DNA of 22,626 nucleotides from Myxococcota bacterium (lineage in GTDB: Bacteria; Myxococcota_A; UBA796; GCA-2862545): NCBI GenBank assembly GCA_039208735.1, contig JBCCQY010000154.1, positions 1 through 22,626 of the forward strand, written 5' to 3'. The translations under genes were made by a program, and so were the position numbers. Under the pieces are notes generated by a model. It saw only the letters and a list, made by a program, of their open reading frames with translations. It was not told the origin of the DNA and did no database searches. Positions 17,301-22,626 of the stretch are shown one piece after another (position 1 is the first letter of the stretch; each line of letters starts with the position of its first letter).

Positions 17301-18471
17301 ATTGCGAGCCTGGACGTTTCGTTCGGCCGACGAGCTTGTCGCGGCCGGCGGTGGAGAGCTCGCGTTCATCGATGTGGTGTCAGGGGGGGTGACGCGCACG
17401 CTGCCTTGGCCACGCGAGGATCATCAGTTGATCGCATTTGGTGAAGGATTCGTGGCGATCGGAGCCGAGGGCATCGCCATCGTGGACTCCGAGGGCACCA
17501 TCGATCGTGGCCTTGCCGATCTCCGACTCGAAGAAGGCGCGGTGCTCACCGAGGAAGATGGGGAGGCGGTTCTCGAAGGGCCTCGAGGCGAACGCATTCG
17601 ATTGTCGGACGGTCAGCCGCTCTCCGCGCCGGGCTACATCGAGTCGGCGGCGATTGCGGGCCCCTGGGTGGCCACATGGCACGGGGAAGAGCTGCTGGTG
17701 CGCCGATGGGCGACGGGCGAGGTGCGGGTTCGTGAGCGCCTCGACGTCGACGCGCAATGGGTGGGGCAGCCGTCGTTCGCCTGGGCTGGCGAGTCCCTCA
17801 TCGTCGGTGTGGACGACCGGATCCGATGCCTCGATCCAGATGGAACCTGGCGCATGAGCGATCGGGTGGGGCTTGTCGCCGTGGTCACGGGTCCTCCCGG
17901 TGAAGTCCAGACGGCCCACCGAGACGGGCTCGTGCGACGCTACGATGTGGCCACCGGCACCGTGACCATCGAATCCCGGCTCGAGTGGCCCATCGAAGCC
18001 TTTGCAGGCCATCGTGAGGTCACGCATGCACTGTTCCGGACCGGGTCGGTGGTGCGTCACGTTGTGCTCGAGACCGGCGAGGAACTCGATCGGGTCGATG
18101 ATGTGCCGGTCGGCGCGCGATTGGCTCTGTCGCCGAACGGTCGGTCCTTTGCGGTCGCCATCGGTGACCGGGTGATTTTGGGTGGCGGAGGCTTCGAGCG
18201 GCGTCAAGTCGATGTCGTGGCGCGGTCGCTGGTGTTTCTCCAGGACGGCCAGCGCCTCGCGATCGGCGGCGACGATGACCTGGTGCACATCGTGCGTGTG
18301 TCAACGGGGGAGCACGAAGGGAAGCTGGTGGGGCACCATGGGTACGTTGAGGTGCTTGATACCGATGGCACGACCATGGTGTCCGGCGCGGTCGATGGCC
18401 TGGTGTGGTCGCTCGATGGGCTTGAGCTGATGGGCTTTGGTCACAACGTGTTCCTCGACGCCCAATCCTGA
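14380..18471 (+). CDS. Large WD40-like beta-propeller repeat protein (1363 aa)
   Basis: ALGWSSDGSLLAT, VAVSPDRTRIV, GHPHGVRQLAFRADGSLVTLGTEGTIVHW, WAPDG, LSPNGRSFAV, GHHGYVEVL..DG.TMVSGAVDGLVW. No signal peptide seen. Confidence 0.82.
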   Translation: MPNANGWYQFGGPVDADVLNDRFPGLAPSAVVEGDRVTISQERKDYLALIEEVDELRTDAVAGAIAVTDPHGLVVRLPARWIPPRFEADSVPQTAKARVGAIDGTVGAPILALGWSSDGSLLATAHEISELAVATIWRVEDDVLVRVHEIPVGERWMGGHSLGFAARALATFTNVGPGDGVGEIRLFHADGGQLLRVKTFDKPFRCAAAAPDGFGLVVQLAEERQLTILDAMLEPQDTRAVHADYTSLRFGLRGRLLAHGPEGIDVMDLKQSAGLDRFEGTFTHGVALEEGLIAARTDEGNVLVLKAGAEPIEAEPLSGVRAIGATGNVIVAWGDGELIRFDTETGTVRSRHSVASTAPQMVAVARSGDAVAWCDGQRVFLPSSTDAEAPFDGLVAGGARAIRHLDDDRVWLGDPVDASVDGFVLDAKAWIAPTVDASVVVVAEAVGGGRPTERGLTRVTYRTTDETLGCTYLSDARTADLTPDAAHLVVEIDGNFALYGAVGGQFRGQLGPAVEQLAFALRAPVALSRTRDDLAICEMVPDPPAPTRLAEPEVELAALAEDGSLVVAVGARLALWEGKEAQLRWARGDWSADHVAVSPDRTRIVLTVGGGIHWFSAADGRLMESFAGHPHGVRQLAFRADGSLVTLGTEGTIVHWKARGEGRPAAPDAAEVLRAAFDERDRAMRAPWAPVSPHEPTEVAPLPPLLAAMFPPDPTAGVRVVGALTYFGESVRDEAVLAYVEATGREATTDLQVDDRSLRLDLTLDREVALQPLHDGLLVLARRALRGEVQVQDPRRISHFTYEAGMTEAPAPRYEVVPGSRARLSRLRAPHWQIRPQIEEQGGWLWWLGPYDPEPGERPGPVAPVQRLRVIDQATGQQIWSQLLTFEGVLWVAPDGRLALLTAEDPVEALEEQVGLKLLDPSNNQVLELIEGDRQFARQVQWAPDGAAFGFVAEGEDTHVEVWERDGPRRFWFPLRAWTFRSADELVAAGGGELAFIDVVSGGVTRTLPWPREDHQLIAFGEGFVAIGAEGIAIVDSEGTIDRGLADLRLEEGAVLTEEDGEAVLEGPRGERIRLSDGQPLSAPGYIESAAIAGPWVATWHGEELLVRRWATGEVRVRERLDVDAQWVGQPSFAWAGESLIVGVDDRIRCLDPDGTWRMSDRVGLVAVVTGPPGEVQTAHRDGLVRRYDVATGTVTIESRLEWPIEAFAGHREVTHALFRTGSVVRHVVLETGEELDRVDDVPVGARLALSPNGRSFAVAIGDRVILGGGGFERRQVDVVARSLVFLQDGQRLAIGGDDDLVHIVRVSTGEHEGKLVGHHGYVEVLDTDGTTMVSGAVDGLVWSLDGLELMGFGHNVFLDAQS

Positions 18472-18498
18472 TCATACGTCGTGTCCATGGAGGACCCG

Positions 18499-19518
18499 AT
18501 GTCCCAAGACCTCATCGTCGAGATCGGTCCGCTTGGCTTTCCCTGGAAGACCGCTGATCCCTTCCTGTTTTGCGTGTACCACGATGATGCCTACCCCAAG
18601 GGCAACGCCCGTCTAGGTCCTGAGGCTTCGTTGCAGGGTCGAAACCTAGGCAATGACTTTGCCGTTCGCGATGGCTACCGGATGTACCACGGTGAAGTGG
18701 TGCCGGGTTTCCCACGCCATCCTCACCGAGGCTTCGAGACGGTCACGGTGGTGCGAAAAGGGCTGGTGGACCATTCGGATTCCCTCGGTGCGACCGCACG
18801 GTACGGCCATGGCGATGTCCAATGGATGACCGCGGGTCAGGGCATTGTTCACGCCGAGATGTTCCCGCTTGTGAAGCGAGACACCGACAATCCGCTCGAA
18901 CTCTTCCAGATTTGGATCAACCTGCCGGCGAAGAACAAGATGGTGCCGGCCCACTTCACGATGCTCTGGAAAGAGAAGATTCCCGTCGTGACGCGAACCG
19001 ACGCCGAGGGACGCCGTACCGAAGTCACGCTGTCGGCCGGTTCGCTCGATGGCCAGGCCGCGCCTCCACCGGCGCCGAATTCCTGGGCCGCGAATCCATC
19101 GAACGAAGTCGCCATCTGGCAAATCCGCATGGATGCCGGCGCCACGTTTGAGATTCCTGCTGCATCGCCCGGGGTCCGGCGAACGCTGTATGTGTTTCAC
19201 GGAGGTGGCGTGCGCATCGGAGGGCAAACCATCGATAACGAGCGGATGGTCGCGGTTCGTGGCGACCGAGCCGCGGTCATTGACAACGGGTTTGAACCCT
19301 CGGAACTCCTGATGCTCCAGGGGCGACCCATTGGGGAGCCGGTTGCGCACTACGGACCCTTCGTCATGAACTCCCGTCAGGAACTCGAAGAGGCTTTCGC
19401 CGACTATCGGCGGACCCAGTTTGGGGGCTGGCCTTGGGACCGCGATGATCCCGTGCATGCGGCGGTGGACGATCGCTTTGCGAAGCATCCGAACGGCGAT
19501 GTTGAGCGCCCGGTCTGA
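18499..19518 (+). CDS. Pirin-family bicupin protein
   Basis: DPFLFC, GFPRHPHRGFETVT, DHSDSLG, DVQWMTAGQGIVHAE, FQIWINLP, GRPIGEPVAHYGPFVMN. ATG 18499 with GGAGGA RBS. Confidence 0.95.
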   Translation: MSQDLIVEIGPLGFPWKTADPFLFCVYHDDAYPKGNARLGPEASLQGRNLGNDFAVRDGYRMYHGEVVPGFPRHPHRGFETVTVVRKGLVDHSDSLGATARYGHGDVQWMTAGQGIVHAEMFPLVKRDTDNPLELFQIWINLPAKNKMVPAHFTMLWKEKIPVVTRTDAEGRRTEVTLSAGSLDGQAAPPPAPNSWAANPSNEVAIWQIRMDAGATFEIPAASPGVRRTLYVFHGGGVRIGGQTIDNERMVAVRGDRAAVIDNGFEPSELLMLQGRPIGEPVAHYGPFVMNSRQELEEAFADYRRTQFGGWPWDRDDPVHAAVDDRFAKHPNGDVERPV

Positions 19519-19521
19519 CGC

Positions 19522-20586
19522 TTAAGGGATGGCGGGCGGAGGGGGGAGGGTGATGCGTACGCTCGCCCCGCCCGACGGCGATTCGCCAAGGAGCAGCTCG
19601 CCACCCAGGCGCATGACCACTTGTTTGACGATCGATAAGCCGAGGCCAAAGCCTGCGATGTGCCGAGGCCCTCGGTCGAAGGGCCGTAAGAGCTGCATCG
19701 GGTCTCCATCAAAGCCCGGTCCATTGTCTTCGAAGGTGATTCGAAAGCCCTCCGAGGCGGTCCGACTCGACACCCGCACTTGGGGTTTGTCCACGGCCCG
19801 TCCGTGCCGCAAACTGTTCGCGATCACATTGTCGATGAGCACAACGAACAACTTTTCGTCGGTCACGACCGTGCCGGCTTGGGTGGTGTCGAGCGTTGCC
19901 TCGACGCCCAGGACCGCGCATAGCTGTGCGTGACGCCGTGCCGTGACCTCACCCAACCCAATGGCTTGAAGGACGAGAGGTTCAACACTTGCTCTGGACA
20001 GCGCGACCAGGTTGTCGAGCTGGTTGCGCATGTGGACAGCGGCGGTCTTGACCGTGTTGAACCAGCCTTGCTGGCGCCCTTTTAGCGTGGGCGCCACTTC
20101 GTTTTCTAGGAGTTCGGCGTAGCTAGTGAGGTGCCTTATTGGGGTGCGAAGGTCGTGCGCCACGTGACCCACGAACGCCTGTAGATCGAGGTCGTTCTCG
20201 ACTTCAGCGGTGATTTCAGTATGGATCAACAGGGCGCCCACGGTTCGAGCTGCGTCTTGAATGGGCGTGATGGTGAGTTGGAACCAGTGTGGGGCGGTTG
20301 GAGAGTGGCAAGGGTACTCGATACGACGAGCCTCCGCTTCTCCTTCGAGCACCTCGCGCAGAGCAGCCCCCGCTTCGCGCGCCTCTGCGGATTCCGCCGA
20401 AGCCGCATCACAAATCGCCAGGTAGTTCTTGCCTACGTCGTCGGTATTGAGGCCGTGACGGCGGTAGACGTCATGCCACAGTCGATTCGTGAGCCGAATG
20501 ACACCTGTGACATCCACAACTGCAGCTTGGTTAGGGAGGGCATCCAATAGGGCTTGGATGCTGGAGGGCAAAGCGGTACTAGCCAT
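19522..20586 (-). CDS. Cytoplasmic PAS sensor histidine kinase
   Basis: PAS (LLDALP..AAVVD..G.I..TN..W; EYPCHSP...WF); H-box VAHDLRTP; N-box NVIANSLRH; G1 EDNGPG; G2 GFGLGL. Confidence 0.92.
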   Translation of the reverse strand: MASTALPSSIQALLDALPNQAAVVDVTGVIRLTNRLWHDVYRRHGLNTDDVGKNYLAICDAASAESAEAREAGAALREVLEGEAEARRIEYPCHSPTAPHWFQLTITPIQDAARTVGALLIHTEITAEVENDLDLQAFVGHVAHDLRTPIRHLTSYAELLENEVAPTLKGRQQGWFNTVKTAAVHMRNQLDNLVALSRASVEPLVLQAIGLGEVTARRHAQLCAVLGVEATLDTTQAGTVVTDEKLFVVLIDNVIANSLRHGRAVDKPQVRVSSRTASEGFRITFEDNGPGFDGDPMQLLRPFDRGPRHIAGFGLGLSIVKQVVMRLGGELLLGESPSGGASVRITLPPPPAIP

Positions 20587-20614
20587 GGTTCCACGATGCT
20601 CCGCTAGAGTTCAT

Positions 20615-21034
20615 TCAGGGCCTTGGGAGCAGGGCTCTCAACCAGTAGTCAGTGAACGACCGAACAAGTCCATGCCAATCCTCTAGAGAGGAGGGCTTTA
20701 GAAGGTACGCGGCCGCATGCCGTGCGTATCCTTTCGCGACGTCGTCTGCGTTCGTGCTGTTGGACAAAATGATCACGGGGAGCGACGACCATTCTGGTGA
20801 CTGCTTGATCTTGTCCAAAAGCTCAAGCCCGTCCATGTCAGGGAGGCGCAAGTCGAGTAGAACGAGGTCGGGCATTGGCGGGCTGCGGAGCCGATGGAGG
20901 GCTGCCTCTGCGGTCAGGCAGAGCACGAGTTCGGCGGCGACTTGATTGTGGTCAATCGCAAGGCGCAACAACTCCTGGTCAGCTGGGTCGTCCTCGACGA
21001 CGAGGATTCGTATGACGTCGGATCTCCAAGTCAT
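20615..21034 (-). CDS. Single-domain response regulator (Rcp1-like receiver)
   Basis: ILVVEDDPAD, PDLVLLDLRLPDMDGLELL, PVIILSNS, AAAYLLKP...YW. The start overlaps the upstream stop codon. Confidence 0.93.
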   Translation of the reverse strand: MTWRSDVIRILVVEDDPADQELLRLAIDHNQVAAELVLCLTAEAALHRLRSPPMPDLVLLDLRLPDMDGLELLDKIKQSPEWSSLPVIILSNSTNADDVAKGYARHAAAYLLKPSSLEDWHGLVRSFTDYWLRALLPRP

Positions 21035-22626
21035 CAGAGGCGCACCTTTTGCAGCGCCACGAGGACATGCGGCTCGGATGAACCTTCGCGAACCACGCGT
21101 TGGGCGAACACACGGAGTGTGATCTTGGACCCATCGGGACGAGCGTAGCTGCGCAACGTGTCGGTCGGGAGAACGTTTTCGGCGTCGAGTTCGCCAGGGG
21201 AGTCCCCGGTAAGCAACGCATGCATGTCGCTGTACTCAAACGTGGTCTCCTCGAGACCAAGCAGCGTCTGTGCGACGTCCGAGAGCTGCAGCGTGCGCCG
21301 TTCCAGATCAACCAGGACCATGCCGACTCCTGCCATGCCAGCGGCGAGTTCGTTGGCCGCGAGCTCCCCAATTCGGGACTGCTGGGTTTCCCAGGCTGTC
21401 TCATCGTGGAACATCACAATGACACCACGTGAGAGGCGATGGGTGTCGTCGAAAGGCCTAATCTGAATGCTCCAAATGCTACCATCCGACGCGACTACCC
21501 GCGAAGCGCGAAACTCGCGTGACGTCAGCACTTCGTGCACATGAGCATGGAAGTCAGGGTACTCAGCGTGGAGTACGAGGTCGGTCAGCTTCCGGCCCAG
21601 ATCCTGTGTTCGTAGCGGGAGTAGACGAAGCACCGTATCGTTGAACCGCCGAACCCGAAGTTCAGAGTCGAGGAAGAGCGCACCGACATCGATGGACCGA
21701 AGAAGGTTTTCGAGGTCTCCGGTCAGGTACTCCAATTCCTCAATCTTCTCTTGATATTCGGCGTTAACCGTATAAAGTTCTTCATTTACAGATTGTAGCT
21801 CTTCGTTGGTCGACTGTAGCTCTTCGTTGCTCGCAATCAGCTCCTCGTTCGTCGCCTGAAGCTCTTCGTTGGTGGCTTCCAGGTCTTCGACTGCCGTGCG
21901 TAGGTTCTCGCGCGTCAGGACCAGCTCGGCCTTTAGCTCTTCGATGCGAACCGCACTCTCGCTGGACAGATCGAATGTCGACGCTTCGGAATTGGCTTCT
22001 GCGGGGACCCGGATTTCTTCAAAGAAGACCATGAGCCCTTGGTCTTCGCGGGCGGACGGCGATGCCGAGGGCATGATTCGCAGGTCCACCATGTGTCCGT
22101 TAAGTTCCACGCTCGGAATCACCGCATGCTCTTGGTCTCCCCGAACGCGACGCGCGGAGGAGTTCAGGAACACGGAGACGGCGGGGGGCAACAGGTTCAA
22201 GAGGTTGAGATTGGCCCGCCCCTCCGGAAGCTGGATGAAGGGAGTGATGTTCCCGATGACGTGGACCACTTCATAGGTGTGATCAACGGCCACGCCGGGA
22301 GGAAGGTAGTGGTCAAGAGCAGGTTTAAACTCGACTTCGGGCGTGTTTCGGCGGGCTGGAGCGCGACCGAAGCTCGCCACTCCGGTTGTCCCAAACATCC
22401 GCGCGAGATCCCGGGTCGCCCCGGTGGCTCGGAAGATCTTCCATTTCAGGTCGATGGGCTGAAACGATGCCTTTTGGTCGCCGACGGTTTCGCTTGGCCC
22501 TAGGAACAGTATGCCACCGTTCTGCAGGCCAAAGTGCAGCCTCGCGAGAACGGGGCGCTGGGCATCCGGCTTCAGATAGATGAGCAGGTTTCGGCACGTC
22601 ACCAAATCGAGTCGGGTGAACGGCGG
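21034..22626 (-). CDS. C-terminal part of a CheR (probably CheB/CheR fusion) protein with PAS domains and a coiled coil; 5'-truncated
   Basis: Frame open to the window end: PPFTRLDLVTCRNLLIYL..GGILFLGPSETVG (CheR SAM-binding C-terminus), NEELQ heptads, ALFLD..LRVRRF (PAS). Confidence 0.9.
   Translation of the reverse strand, partial: PPFTRLDLVTCRNLLIYLKPDAQRPVLARLHFGLQNGGILFLGPSETVGDQKASFQPIDLKWKIFRATGATRDLARMFGTTGVASFGRAPARRNTPEVEFKPALDHYLPPGVAVDHTYEVVHVIGNITPFIQLPEGRANLNLLNLLPPAVSVFLNSSARRVRGDQEHAVIPSVELNGHMVDLRIMPSASPSAREDQGLMVFFEEIRVPAEANSEASTFDLSSESAVRIEELKAELVLTRENLRTAVEDLEATNEELQATNEELIASNEELQSTNEELQSVNEELYTVNAEYQEKIEELEYLTGDLENLLRSIDVGALFLDSELRVRRFNDTVLRLLPLRTQDLGRKLTDLVLHAEYPDFHAHVHEVLTSREFRASRVVASDGSIWSIQIRPFDDTHRLSRGVIVMFHDETAWETQQSRIGELAANELAAGMAGVGMVLVDLERRTLQLSDVAQTLLGLEETTFEYSDMHALLTGDSPGELDAENVLPTDTLRSYARPDGSKITLRVFAQRVVREGSSEPHVLVALQKVRL
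21760..21890 (-). repeat. Imperfect 21-bp repeats encoding NEEL heptads
   Basis: LEATNEELQATNEELIASNEELQSTNEELQSVNEELYTVNAE. Confidence 0.85.

Noticed and set aside
1777..18475. Numerous long alternative-frame ORFs (e.g. 1777..2676, 4837..5844, 6040..7095, 9401..10408, 15961..17256)
   Set aside because: They overlap well-supported genes and have Arg/Pro/Ser-rich or antisense-type composition, as expected from stop-codon scarcity in high-GC DNA.
4261..21033. A single chemotaxis operon split by an inserted island between cheA and the CheR fusion
   Set aside because: No att sites, direct repeats or integrase seen, and CheB/CheR-PAS fusions commonly occur independently of cheA operons.
21760..21890. 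Short periodic repeats resembling a CRISPR array or VNTR
   Set aside because: They encode the NEELQ coiled coil typical of CheB/CheR fusions and have no spacers.

Overview
High-GC bacterial DNA. The gene content (CheB/CheR-type fusion, MshEN-bearing CheA, N-terminally extended RNase HI, SMUG1, a Myxococcus-like LexA box) suggests Myxococcota or a related deltaproteobacterial lineage; this is an inference. Left end, minus strand: cheA-cheW followed by a truncated sensor, probably a chemoreceptor, with at least three tandem DosP-like heme-PAS repeats. This gene is missing from the ORF track because it runs off the window. Middle, about 5-14.3 kb: a dense DNA/RNA repair cluster of archaeal/eukaryote-type RNase HII, dinB with a candidate SOS operator, RNase HI, SMUG1 glycosylase coupled to rtcR, a divergent rtcA with no rtcB, an NhaR-like LysR regulator and a DinF-type MATE transporter. 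It also holds a MORN-variant lipoprotein and a candidate switch-like small RNA. Right end: a 1363-aa beta-propeller protein with an apparent internal duplication, pirin, and a CheR-PAS fusion / response regulator / histidine kinase module. No rRNA, tRNA, CRISPR array or mobile element was seen. All calls rest on motif recognition by eye; no database search was run.
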